Below are positions 35,612-54,709 of a stretch of 64,000 bases of DNA, one piece after another. The stretch is from the human T2T-CHM13v2.0 reference genome, Homo sapiens: assembly GCF_009914755.1 (NCBI RefSeq), contig NC_060931.1, one strand, 5' to 3'. The notes below the pieces were generated by a model. That model was not told the DNA's origin and made no database searches. It was given only the letters and a program-made list of their open reading frames with translations. How positions within the stretch are numbered: position 1 is the stretch's first letter; each line of letters opens with the position of its first letter. Both the position numbers and the translations under genes were made by a program.

Positions 35612-36535
35612 GTAAGACTAAATTATATTGATTTCTAATATCATAAATGTATATTTATATTATTATTGAAATCATTGATTGTTGCTACTTGATTTCTTGT
35701 CACTCATGCTTCTATTTTATTTTTATAAATATAATGTTAAGTGACTAGAACCTGAGGATTATGTATTACTGACTTTTTTTTTTTTTTTTTTTTTTTTTTC
35801 AGATTATTAGCTAAGGTCTTAAGTCTGGTTAAATAGCTTGGTCTCTGTTTTAGTTTCTGGAAAGTATTTGATATTGGGTTTCTTAGACATGTGACTGTTA
35901 CAAGGCATCCATATTTAGCACAGTAAAAATATCAAAAATTTTTTGAGACTTTGAATAGGATATTTCATTTTGAGTAATGCTTTTTTATAAATGCTTGAAT
36001 TCTAGTTAATCATATGAACTTGTTTATTGAAATTAATGTTTCAATAGTAGTTTTTACTTTAGGTGATAAAGGTATTGTCCACTTTAGGAAATACCCTCTT
36101 TGTGTGTTGGTAAAAGTATATGTCATTTTGTTATCTTTTTCTTATTCTTTTAGATGTGATTGTCATTTCTTTACTCCAGAATTTGAGGAGACTATAAACT
36201 ATTCTGTACTCTGAATGGTTTAGCAACTCAGTGTATTCAGTAAGTCTCAATTTATTGTAGGTTTCTAATAGGAAAAAAAAACTCCATGTTCTTAAATGAA
36301 CGTATTACTGTTTTAGATTGCTAATAGCAATAAAAACTGCTACTTTAGAAGTTAATGTGCTTAAAAGTTGGAATATACTTACTAGTAATCTGGCCAGGAA
36401 AATAATTAGCCAACATTAAATAAACACATTGGTGCCTGATTTAGGCTAAAGTTGCCTCTATGGGAAGTATCTTGATTTAAAATCACTGCTTAAAATTCAG
36501 AGTCTGCTTTTGTGACATTAAATTTGGGGCGCATA

Positions 36536-36830
36536 CAGTTGGCCCTCCATATCCCTGGGTTCTGCATTTGAGGGTATGACCAACCACAGATAGAAAATAT
36601 TCTGAAAAAATAAAAAATAACAGTACAACAATAGAAAATATATAACATTTAAAAATATAGTATAACAACTAAGTATATAGTAATCTTAGAGATGATTTAA
36701 AGTATATGGGCAGATGTCCACAGGTTGTATACAAATACTATGCCATTAAGGGTCTTAGGCATCCGTGATTTTAGTATCCTTAGGGGAGTTCCTAAAGCTA
36801 ATTCACTTGAAGACACCAAGGGATTATTGC
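36536..36830 (-). mobile_element. MER2-like Tigger MITE
   Basis: cagttggccctccatatccctgggttctgcat terminus. Confidence 0.65.
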
Positions 36831-36884
36831 ATTTGAAAACTTTTTTTTTCTTTATAATGCTCTAATTTTTATATCTTGTATTTC

Positions 36885-37183
36885 TTTTTTTTTTTTTTTT
36901 TTTTCACCAAGATGGAGTCTCACTCTGTTGCCCAGACTGGAGTGCAGTGGTGCAGTGTTGGCTCACTGAAACCTCTGCCTCCTGGATCTAAGCAATTCTC
37001 TGCCTCAGCTTCCCAAGCTGGGACTACAGGCATGTGCCACCACACCCGGCTAATTTTTGTATTTTTAGTAGAGACGGGGTTTCACCATCTTGGCCAGGCT
37101 GGTCTTGAACTCCTGACCTCATGATCTACCCACCTCTGCCTCCCGAAGTGCTGGGATTACAGGTGTAAGCCACCGCACCTGGC
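36885..37183 (-). mobile_element. AluS
   Basis: Alu consensus match; TSD cttgtatttctt. Confidence 0.9.
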
Positions 37184-37415
37184 TATAGCTTGTATTTCTT
37201 GACTGAAAGTCATAAATGCTTTGGTGCTTAAACTGCCTGTATCTCTGGGGGCACCCCAGAGTTCCACGAAGTGCATTTTTCTCTTTACACTAAAGTGAAT
37301 ATTTTTTAATATGCTAGTGGCTGTAGGTCAGACCCTCCCATATATGCCCATGAAATTTGGTTACAATTTGTATAGCTGTTTTCTCACATTGAGATAATAG
37401 AGCAAATTTTAATTT

Positions 37416-41821
<4,406 letters not shown>

Positions 41822-42414
41822 CAAATTTTAATTTTAAATATTGATTTGAAAAGCTAAAGAGGTCAAAAGATGGTGATTTTCAGGTTTTCTGTAGGAAAAT
41901 GTTAATTAATAGTATGGGAAATTCTTGTTATAATAAGACAGTCTTCAGCTAAATTTTTTAAATTAAAAAACTGGTGGAGATTATCAGGTTCCAAAAAATG
42001 TATTGAACCTATTTATCTGAGATGCCTAGTAAATATATGTTTTAAGGTAAGGTACAAATAGTATTTAAGTGTAAGTACTACCGATAAAACTTAGAACAGT
42101 ATTTATCATACTTGTTGACCATAGCTCATGGTGAGAAATATATTTTACATACGTTTGTAATTTCATATATATACATATATAGTTACATATATTTATAGTT
42201 ATATACATGAATAATTATATATGAATAAATATATACATATGCATACTTTTTTCCAAACAAGTTTTTGGAAAGATACTTATTCTTACAGTATGACATATCT
42301 TGTGATGATACAGTTTCTTGTTAATGTTGGTCAAAAAAACTAAATTGATGAGCTATCTTACCGTGTGGAATAAACAGTGATTTAGAAGATTACATTGAAA
42401 AAAGATAATTATGA

Positions 42415-42773
<359 letters not shown>

Positions 42774-43154
42774 CTAGTAATATTTTGTGTGTTATGTATG
42801 GATTCACAACGGATTATACTTTGAGAAATTTATAGATTCACTATGTCTAGAGAAAACGTAGAAGTAAAGTTGATATTTGGTGAAATGTTTGATATGTGTC
42901 ATCAAAATTGCTAAGATGGATACTAGTTGGATCTGTGATGCTCTAGGCTAGTTTTGAGGCTTGAATTCCTCCATTTAATGATATTAGACTGGCTTGACTC
43001 AACTAGAATTACAGGAGACTTCTAAGCCATATCCACCTATTCAGGAGGCAGAAAAATCATCAGTGGACCAAATTTATAACCCGAGAAATAAACTCATACT
43101 GTAATAGTTTTTATATTGGAACTTTTATGGAATTATCTCTCAATAACACACCTA

Positions 43155-43760
<606 letters not shown>

Positions 43761-44076
43761 AAGAGAGAGAGAGATTTCTGGGCAGTATGTAACATTATAA
43801 CTTCACTGCAATGCCATATTTGCAAAGTTTAATAATCTTGGCAGATCTAGATTGTATTTGAGTATTCTAAAATTTTGAAATCAAGTAGTTTTAATCATAG
43901 ATCACATAATTATCTTGTATTTTACCTAAATATGACTATCATTTTTCTGGTAAATAGGGCAATAAGATGTAAGAAAAGAGCAGGGGGACTTTGGAGCCAG
44001 AAAGTCCTGTTTACATACTTCATCACCTTTGAACTGTATGAACCTGGGCACATCACTTAAACTCTGAAATACAGTT

Positions 44077-44200
44077 TGTTTTTTTATTATTATTATACTT
44101 TAAGTTCTAGGGTACATGTGCACAACATTCAGGTTTGTTACATAGGTACACATGTGCCATGTTGGTTTGTTGCATCCATCAACTAGTCATTTACATTAGG
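44077..44200 (-). mobile_element. ~120-bp 5'-truncated L1PA 3' end inserted in a MIR
   Basis: tatactttaagttctagggtacatgtgcacaac; TSD tgaaatacagtt at 44065-44076 and 44201-44212. Confidence 0.9.
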
Positions 44201-46080
44201 TGAAATACAGTTATTTAAACTATAAAATGGGGGACGATGATATCTACCTGATATATTTGCATACCTCACAAAGTAGTTCACAAAATAAGCTTGAGAATGT
44301 TTAATATGTGTTTGGCATACATTAGACGTTCAGCAAAGTGTGGTTTTTTAAATTGCTCATCACTAGAAATACACTTTTCTTTACACTACATTTATATGAA
44401 ATGAGTGATGATGATTCCCTTAATAAATTGTTCTCAGAAGGATTTCAGGTTCTGATAATATTTGATTAGAACTTAATTTGTAAATTGTATTTATTTAGGT
44501 ATATTGTGGGTTTAATGTTCTTGACTTCTGTGACTAGTACACTCATTGGGTTGGAAAATTGGTTCCATCTTAGAATTAGTCAAATAATATTATTCCAAGA
44601 TCTCTTTTGTAGAAATATGTATCCTATTATGTACACTAGAGAAATCGGACTAAATGAAAAATACTCTTCTTACAAATTAAATTATATGCAGTCATCTTCA
44701 ATCATTAATGAAGGGACGTTTCATGTCCAGAATACCATATTTACATGAATTGTTTTTGATACCCTTTGAGCAGGGTTATTTGGAGGAAGTTGGGAATACA
44801 GGCAATATAGAGTCAAGACAAGTAGATAAATATACTTTGCCATGTATAGAAAGATGAAATGATAGTAATAGGGTATTCACTCTTATTATAGATTTCATCT
44901 GATTATTGAATACTTTTTAACCAAGTGCTTATATGGTTTATGACATTTATTTTAACCTCGTTAATTACTTGACTGCAACTCCATAAGTCATTTAGGCACA
45001 TTGAACTCTTATAATTTTCATGAACTTTTATGAGCCATCAGATTTTTATTTTTTATGAAAATATTCAATATTAATGTTTTTAATTTATATATTTCCAAAT
45101 TAAGTACAAGAATAAGGTATTAATCATAAATAAGGATGAGTTGTTCTTTTATATTTCATCAACCTAATGTTCACCACAAGGATGAGTTTTTATGTGAAGG
45201 CCATTTTATAGTCACATAGTGAAAGTTACCTTTCCTCTGATTCTTTCTGAATAGCAATGTTGTTATGATGTGATACCTCTATAAAACATTTTAAAATTTA
45301 AAATGTACCTCACTTGTACTTTCCCAGATCTTTAAGTTATCTGTACAGATAGAGTAAATTTTTCTGTGAATGCAGAAAGAATACATTAACATAGTCTGTA
45401 GGTTAAATAACTTCAACAAATGCCACAATAAAAAAGGACATTGAGAGAAGTTGAGCTTTTTTCAGTTGAAGGAGTCTGTTAATCTAATCTTCATGTTTCA
45501 AGTCATTTATTTACTTTCATATGAAGGTTTACTTAGTGTTAGAAGACTAATGTTAGAAGAGGAGATAAATACTCTACCCTTTAGTTATCAATAAAATAAT
45601 TATCTAAATTTAAAAACAGAATAATTTATTGTTAACTATTAATGATCCTGATATTCTGTTAAGTGTTCCTGTTCTAACTTTGGAATATAGTGTGTTTTAG
45701 TTTAGTTCTGGTGAATAATCTTTTATAGCCAATTTGTATGATGTTAAACTTTTCAGATTTATTAATATTGATAAGTTTTACATTTATTATAACATAAATA
45801 TGTTTTGAAACAGTCATGTATTAATGGTATTTTAAGAATTCAATACATATGAGTTCAAGTATAACATTTGCTTATCTGAATTAGAGAAAAATTAAACAGC
45901 AGTGGCTAAATAAAGTACTAGATGAAACTATAAACATAATTATTATAAAATGGTAACTGATAACTGATTCATGTAATACTGACAGTTATTACAAACTGAT
46001 AACTGATAACTGATTCATGTAATACTGACATAATCACTCCTTAAAGGAATATTCATTGCTTTGTATCATATTTGAAGAAG

Positions 46081-46428
46081 CAGTAGTCCCCCATCCCTGT
46101 TTTTACTTTCTGTAGTCAACCATTATCTGAAAATATTAAATGGAAAATTCCAGAAATAAACAATTCATAAGTTTTAAATTGTGCCTTGTTCTGGTAGCAT
46201 GGTGAAATCTTGCTCCATCCCATTCATCCCACCCAAGATGTGGATCATCCCTTTGAACATACAGTGGATCTACACCATATACTCTGTCCATCTCATGTTC
46301 ATTTAGTAGCTGTCTACCTTATCAGATCAAAAAACCATAGTGTATATAGGGTTCAATACTATTTATGATTTCAGGCATCTACTGGGAGTCTTGGAACATA
46401 TCCCCTGTGGATTAAGGAAGACTACTGT
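46081..46428 (+). mobile_element. MER44A-like element
   Basis: TIRs cagtagtcccccc and gaagactactg; internal aaatggaaaattccagaaataaacaattcataag. Confidence 0.75.
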
Positions 46429-46589
46429 ATTCATAAACATCCATTTCGTTACACTGATAGGCTACAGTAAAATATTTTAGAGGACACATCAGAATGCTTC
46501 ATTTCAGGATCAAGAAAAGCTAATTGCAATTTAGAAGTATTTAATTTGAAAGTTATTGCAAATGTCTTGATATTAATCTTTTAATTAAA

Positions 46590-47052
<463 letters not shown>

Positions 47053-47438
47053 AAATTGTTTTACTTGAAAATGAATAGGGCTTAATAAATAATTATTTGA
47101 ACCATTTTAAGGAAGCCTTTCATAGAAGAGATTTTATTGAGGTTTATACTTCTGAAGAGCAAACAGAAACTGCACTTAGAACTTTAATTCACTTAAGTGA
47201 AAATGTATATATGTGTCTTTTGCATTGTAAGCACTCAGATTTGTGAGGAATGATTGGCATTTGAAATGGTCATTATGTCTCTTAGATATTTTAAATTAAT
47301 CTCTGTATCTGTTTTCGCCAATGATGCATTTTCCCTAGGAATAAAAGACATACACGTGAATACAGTTAACAGAAATATTGTTAGCTAAATAAAATTATGT
47401 CTAAGATCATAATATATCAGGAAATTGTTTTTATACAG

Positions 47439-47492
47439 GTAAATGGTTGCAGTTTTGTGATGAGAACAGGAAAGCCTACAAATTTATTAAGG
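47439..47492 (+). CDS. AKAP9: AKAP9 coding exon 4 (54 nt, VNGCSFVMRTGKPTNLLR)
   Basis: Acceptor gtttttatacag|GTA and donor AGG|gtacag. Peptide matches recalled AKAP9. Confidence 0.93.
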
Positions 47493-47637
47493 GTACAGTA
47501 TTTAAAACTACTTGTGATACTAATGTTGGATACTATTTAAAATCATCTGGCTTACTAACAAAACTTTTTCCTGCATGTACTTCTTTCTGTGTGTGATTTC
47601 AAATTAATTTTAATGTTTACTAAAACAAAGTTATCTA

Positions 47638-47998
<361 letters not shown>

Positions 47999-48165
47999 TT
48001 ATGTTCTTGAGGTAAATATGTTAACGAAGTAGGTTGCCATACCATAATCTTCCAGGTGGTGAGTGATGTTTTAAAGTGGACCTTGCTATGGATTTCAGTA
48101 TTTGAATCTCTCTCCCTAAGGAATATTGCTAATACTGAATTCTTTAAAATCTTGGATTGATTTAG

Positions 48166-48336
48166 GAAGAAGAATTTGGTGTTGATGATTCTTATTCTGA
48201 ACAAGGAGCACAAGACAGTCCGACTCATCTAGAGATGATGGAAAGTGAGTTGGCTGGGAAGCAGCATGAGATTGAAGAGCTAAACAGAGAGCTGGAAGAA
48301 ATGAGGGTTACCTATGGGACTGAAGGACTGCAGCAG
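48166..48336 (+). CDS. AKAP9: AKAP9 coding exon 5 (171 nt, EEEFGVDD...TEGLQQ)
   Basis: Acceptor gatttag|GAA and donor CAG|gtatgt. 57 open codons. Confidence 0.96.
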
Positions 48337-48479
48337 GTATGTTTATTTTCTGTGGCTTTTGATTTGCTACTCACAAAAACAAAAACAGGAAATGTGAATA
48401 ATAGTAGTCTTTAAAGATGGGGTTTTTAAAATTTTTTTTTAACTTTTTTCTTTTCTTTTCTTCTTCTTCTTCTTCTTTT

Positions 48480-49420
48480 TTTTTTTCCATACAGGGTCTT
48501 GCTCTGTTGCCCAGGCTGGAGTGTAGTGGTGCAATCTCGGCCCACTGCATCCTCTGCTTCCTGGGCTCAAGCGATCCTCCCACCTCAGCCTTGTGAGTAA
48601 CTGGGACTACAGGCATGCACTACCACACCCAGCTAATTTTTTGTAGAGACAGGGTGTCACCTCAGATTCCTGGACTCTCCTTGGCCTCCCAAAGTGCTAG
48701 GATTACAGGCGTGAGCTACTGTGCCTGGCCTAAAGAAGGGGGTTTTAAAATGGTAACTTAGTGGGACACAGTGGCATGCACCTGTAGTTCTAGTTATTCA
48801 GGAGGCTGAGGTGGGAGGATCACTTGAGCCCACGAGTTCAAGTCCAGCCTGGGCAACATTGGGAGTCCCTGTCTCTTAAAAAATCAAACAGAAAAGTAAA
48901 TGATAATATCACTCATAATTTTTGTCTTTATACATTGCATAAACAACCCTGTTTAAAAGTAGGATTTCATTAACAGGGTTAATATAACACAGACTCTTTT
49001 TTAACTTTATGATAGCTAGCCTGAAATCACTTTAATAAGACAGATGTTTTTGTAATCAGCCTGAGAGAAAATTATGGTGCAAACCACATCAAAATATTAT
49101 AACTTAAGTCCATTAAGAATGTCAGCAAGTTGGGCATGGTGGCTTATGCCTGTAATCCCAGCACTTCAAGAGGCTGAGGCAAGAGGATAGCTTGAGTCTG
49201 GTAGTTTGAGACTGGCAGGGTGAAAATAGCAAGACCCCGCTTCTACAAAACATTTAAAAATTAGCCAGGCATAGTGGTGTGTGCCTGTAGTCCTAGTTAC
49301 TTGGGAGGCTGAGACAGGAAGATCACTGCAGCCCAGGAGATTGAGGCTGTAGTGAGCCAAAATCACACCGCTGCACTCTAGCCTGTACAACAGAGCGAGA
49401 CCCTGTCTCAAAAAAAGAAC
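48480..49420. mobile_element. Alu cluster in intron 5 (- 48480-48731, + 48760-48885, + 49129-49420)
   Basis: Alu consensus matches. Confidence 0.85.
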
Positions 49421-49901
49421 AGAAAAACGATGTCAGTGGGTCCTTGTAAGTAACCTCTTGTGGTTAGACTAACATCTGTGGTTAGACTGCCATAACTGTC
49501 TATGGCAGTCAGTTATGAAAACAAGATGAAGTAGGACATTGATGAGGATGACAAAAATACATATCAGTTTCATCCTCTTCAGAAACAAGTTGGAATTAAA
49601 CATGTCTAGGGTGGTGTTGCCTGGGAACAGATTAGGGGCACCCCTAAATATAAAGGCACTTGTCCTTCTATAAGTAAATATATGGATAAGCCAGATCAAT
49701 TTTTTCCTTAGTTCAGATAAATTTTTTGAAGTTGATTTGGAAGCACCAATTTCTGTAAGTTAATAGTTTTCAAATGTGGAAAATACTGATTACAAAGTGT
49801 AAGAATTATGCCAATGTGTTTTGAATTCTTATTTTGAAAAAGTTACCTGTAATAATAGTCAATTAAAAAAAATAAATCTAGCACTTACTATTTTCTTTCA
49901 G

Positions 49902-50057
49902 TTACAAGAATTTGAAGCTGCCATTAAACAAAGAGATGGCATTATAACCCAGCTCACTGCTAATTTACAACAAGCAAGAAGAGAAAAGGATGAGACAATG
50001 AGAGAATTTTTAGAGTTGACAGAACAGAGTCAAAAATTACAGATTCAATTTCAGCAA
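49902..50057 (+). CDS. AKAP9: AKAP9 coding exon 6 (156 nt, LQEFEAAIKQRD...QIQFQQ)
   Basis: Acceptor ttttctttcag|TTA and donor CAA|gtaagt. Lies inside track ORF 49821..50183; coiled-coil sequence. Confidence 0.96.
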
Positions 50058-50883
50058 GTAAGTATTACTAATGCAACAAAATTCATTATTTTTTTAGTAA
50101 TGAATTTTAAAAATTCACTTTCAAGAACAAATCTAAATTTGTTAAAAAAGCCATTTCGTATTATATCATGTATGAAAAATTAGTGAATATGTGTTGCTAT
50201 ATTAACCAGGAATTTAATTCATACTTCTTAAATGGTTCTCTACTAATATTTTCTTTTCATTTCCTCCCTGTCTCTATTTTGAAATCTTACAAATTGTGTA
50301 AGGTTGATTGAGGGTATTTCTGCAGAAATTAACCTGTAGTCACATCCTACCTTTGCCAATTCTGGTATGGTTTATTTTAGTTAGGTTCTAAATGATAACA
50401 AAACTAAATATATTCCATTTTCCTTTAATTAGAGCCACAGGAATCTAACTGCATTAATCAGAATTTCTGATGGCAAGTAGCAAAACAATTTGAAATAGTT
50501 TAAGCAAAAGGGAGGTACTTAGTGTAAGGATTCAGGCTGTTTCCAGAACCCAAGGGCAGAAATACAACCAGGCCTCTGAAAGGGATTGGAACTACAAACT
50601 GGAAAGCCATAGGGAATTCGGGAAGTACTGTCTTTGATGCCCCACTTTTCTTCGTATATCTGCCTCAGTCTCAGGAGACCTAGGTTCTCTGCTGTATCAT
50701 GGAAAAGATAAGTTTATTGGCTCGGCTTGGGTATACCTATCTAGTCAGCCAAGGTAGCATGTTTGCTAGGGTCTCAAGCCTGCAGAGTTCCCAGAGAGCT
50801 ATTGCAGGGACACCCCAAAGGTGTCTGTTCCCTAATACAGTCACTTCAGAATTTAACGTTTTGAGGTTTCTTTCTATTTTCAG

Positions 50884-51081
50884 TTACAGGCTAGTGAAAC
50901 TCTGAGAAACAGCACTCATAGTAGCACAGCTGCAGACTTACTACAAGCCAAACAACAGATCCTCACTCATCAACAGCAGCTTGAAGAACAAGACCACTTA
51001 TTAGAAGATTATCAGAAAAAGAAAGAAGACTTCACAATGCAAATTAGTTTCTTGCAAGAGAAAATTAAAGTATATGAAATG
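50884..51081 (+). CDS. AKAP9: AKAP9 coding exon 7 (198 nt, LQASETLRNS...KIKVYEM)
   Basis: Acceptor ctattttcag|TTA and donor ATG|gtatgt. 66 open codons. Confidence 0.96.
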
Positions 51082-53257
51082 GTATGTTTATTTTAAGGAA
51101 GTCAGCTAACTTGTAGAAGCTTTAGAGTTTCAAGTTTTTTATGCAAGTGGTTTTTTTTTGTTAGGCACATGAATCACAAAATTTCATAATTAAGCTCTTT
51201 GTGTAATTTATTTCAAAAGCAAATGGGAATCTCAGTAATGTAGTTTTTAAGATAATAGTCATTACTGAGTTCCCTAAAAGTGATCAGCCTATGTTAAACT
51301 GAATTAGCAGGAAAATACAAATTTATAGCTATAGTTTTTTTTGTCATTTATAATTATTTCCACTTATTTTAGCCATGGTTGTGAAATTCAGAAAATATTT
51401 TCACAACAGAGAGAAATTTTATGGATTTTAATGAGAAAAAAATTGAATGTAGTCAGTTATCTTTATTTACATAAGTTATGTTCCATAAACTTAAGTGTTT
51501 CTGGGAACACTTATTTAGCAAATAAGTTCTCTGGTGGGGGATTGTTGGGAGGAATATGTGTCCGTGTATGGGTGCGTATATTTTACATATATGTGTATCA
51601 CATTGATTATAATCTTAAATCATAAAACTACTCATCCTGGAAGATTCTTTTTCTTTATTTTTTAAAAGGGAAATCAAGGTTCAGAAGTGACTTGCCTGAG
51701 GCCACCCCACTAACAGGTGTCAGACTGGGATTCAGATCCTGTCAGTTGCCCCAGAGCTGGAGCTTCCTGTACTACACTGCACTACCTCGGGTCCTCTCCA
51801 TCCCTCTGGTCCTCTCTATAAGGGATGAACAAGGCAGTGTGGTCACCTTGTTTGACCTCAGCTAGAAGTGTATGTCCAGCAACTCAAATTTTTTGTCGCT
51901 CTGTGCACACCTACAAATGACTAAAAGCACCATGAGCATTGATTTGGGGGTTACAAATAAATTTTAGCAAGAACTCACAAATATGGAATCTACAAAGAAT
52001 GAGGATGGATTGTACATGCAATATAATACTTTTTATAAACTTAGGAGGTTCTTCTGCAAGAGGTTGAGAAATTACCAAGACAAGAATATTGCTTGGATGA
52101 TAATAATAATAGTAGTAGTAATTAGCATTTATTAAGTGCTTACTGTGTAACAGGCAGTATTCAAAGCATCTTATATTAACTCATTGAATCATCACCATAG
52201 GCCTGTGCAATAGAAGTACAATTATCACTCCTATTTTCTAAGTGAGGACACCAACACAAAGCAAGATGAGGTAAATTGCTCAGGTATACACAGGTAGTAA
52301 GTTGATAGAGCCAGATTTCAAATCTAAGTTGTCTGACTCCAGAGACTGCTTTTAAATAATAGGGAATGTACAAATTGAAGACAATGAAATTATGAAAAAT
52401 ACATGCTTTACCACTAAGGTAATTTAAAAATTATTAGGTAAATATTTACAGAACACCTATTTTTGTAGCAGGCCCTTGCAAGAAATACAGTGAGGCTTAA
52501 AATGTGCCCTTTTCTTCACTGGAACTCAGATGAGTAGGAGAGCTGTGGCATGTACAAAGGACACCACAAAACAGGGATAAGTGTGGGCAAAAAGTGCTTT
52601 GAAAGTTCTGAATAGGTCTGGCTTCATAAGAGAAGAGATTCAGGGTAAGCTTTAGTGGAAGAGTTTCCATTTGAGGTAAGTTTATAAATTGGGACAACTT
52701 TTTAATTGTATTTTGTTTCCCCAACAATTGGCCTAATGCCTGGAACATAGTAGCTACTCAATACTCACTTTGTAAACAAGTGGGTAAATTAAGGATCTCA
52801 ACTGATAGAAATGGGGAGGACTTTTTAGATAGAGTGTGGAGTAGGCATAAAGACTCAGGATGAAACATGTTAAAAATCAGTAAGGAGCAAAAAATGGTGT
52901 AACTTGTCTAGAAACAGTAATCTTTGAAAGTTAATCTTTCCAGGAGGTAAGAGTGGGAGGATAATCTAGGACTAGGTGAGAAGAGCCTGGAGATTGGATT
53001 GTATTATATTTACTCTGTGGGCAGTGTAAATTGAGATTATTTAAAATTCAAGTAATTCATTTTGTAGGGGGAATAACCTTTGTTATTTGAATATAACAAG
53101 AATACTTTTATCAATCTGTTTTTCACTATATACATTTTTTTAAATTTTTATTCTTAAGAAAATGAATCCCCCCAAGTAATAATTCTATCGGCAGCTGAGA
53201 TATTAGGGTCAGCTAAGGCATTGGGGTCACAAATGAAATGGTCTTGGTTCCCTAGAC

Positions 53258-53561
53258 CAGTGGTCCCCAACCTTTTTGGCACCAGGGCCAGTTTCGTGGA
53301 AGACACTTTTTCCACAGACATGAGGGAGGAATGGTTTTGGGATGACATCAGGCATTAGTTAGATTCACATAAGGAGCTTGCAGCCTAGATCCTTCACATG
53401 CACAGTTCACAATAAGGTTCGAGCTCCTAGAAGAATCTAGTGCCGCAGCAGATCTCACAGAGATCTCGCTGGTAATGCTTGCTTACCTCCTGCTGTGTGG
53501 CCCCATCTCTAACAGGCCCCAACCGGTACCGGGTCTGCAACCTGGAGGTTGGGGACCCCTT
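53258..53561 (+). mobile_element. MER1B hAT-Charlie element
   Basis: cagtggtccccaacctttttggcaccaggg ... ggttggggacccct; 8-bp TSD cccta(g/c)ac. Confidence 0.85.
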
Positions 53562-53694
53562 CCCTACACAACTGTGTTGATGATCAAAAGCTCATTCTCA
53601 TTGTCCTAATCCTCCAAACTTCCCATTGGTGCCGTAGCATAGTATTTCCCCCCATCTCAGGTGTATTTCCAAAAGATAGTGTATTCAACCACAG

Positions 53695-53743
<49 letters not shown>

Positions 53744-54509
53744 CAGAGTAAGTGGTTTAAAACCATGTACTTTGAAATAAGTGATACTAAGAAAAATAAA
53801 CCATAAATTTGTGTTGTTTAACGGTTGAAAGAAGAATTATTGTTGGTTGTTATTATATCAGGTGTTGGACAATTTTGAATTAAATGATTAAATGATACTG
53901 TTTTATGAAGGCCCCACTCCCCTATATAAATCAGGAAACAGAAAAGTTAAATTTTGTAACATTAACATTTTTCAAACTTAGTTACTTATTTAACAGTTTA
54001 ACTGGAATTGACCACCATGAACTGATTTTACTTTCTCATAGATTCCAAATGTGTTACAGATTTCTTTCTAGTATGTAAATATATTACACTCGTATATATT
54101 AATAGTACAGTAAGAATAAAATGCTTTAATAGGTGATGTTTTATTTTAGCATATTCTGTGAGATAGAGGAAATAATAATATTTATATTGTATGGATGAAA
54201 ACACTGGGATTAAAGGAGATTAAACTGATTTATTAATATCCTATTGTAGTGCAGAGTTTGAAGTAAGAAGGCTCAGGACTTGGTAATAACATGGTAATAT
54301 TGGGTGGGATATGTGATACCAAGGCACAAGCTGATAGAATTTTGCCCAAGAGGCTGCATAGGATAACATTCATTGCCTTGGTTAATTTATATAGTACAGA
54401 ATCTGGCCTTCGACTTGTAGGTTCAGAAGTCTGATTTTTTTTTCCCCTGTCAACTGAGACGAGCTACCTCAGAAGTGAACTCAGATTTTTCAAAGTTAAC
54501 GAGGCTAAT

Positions 54510-54709
<200 letters not shown>

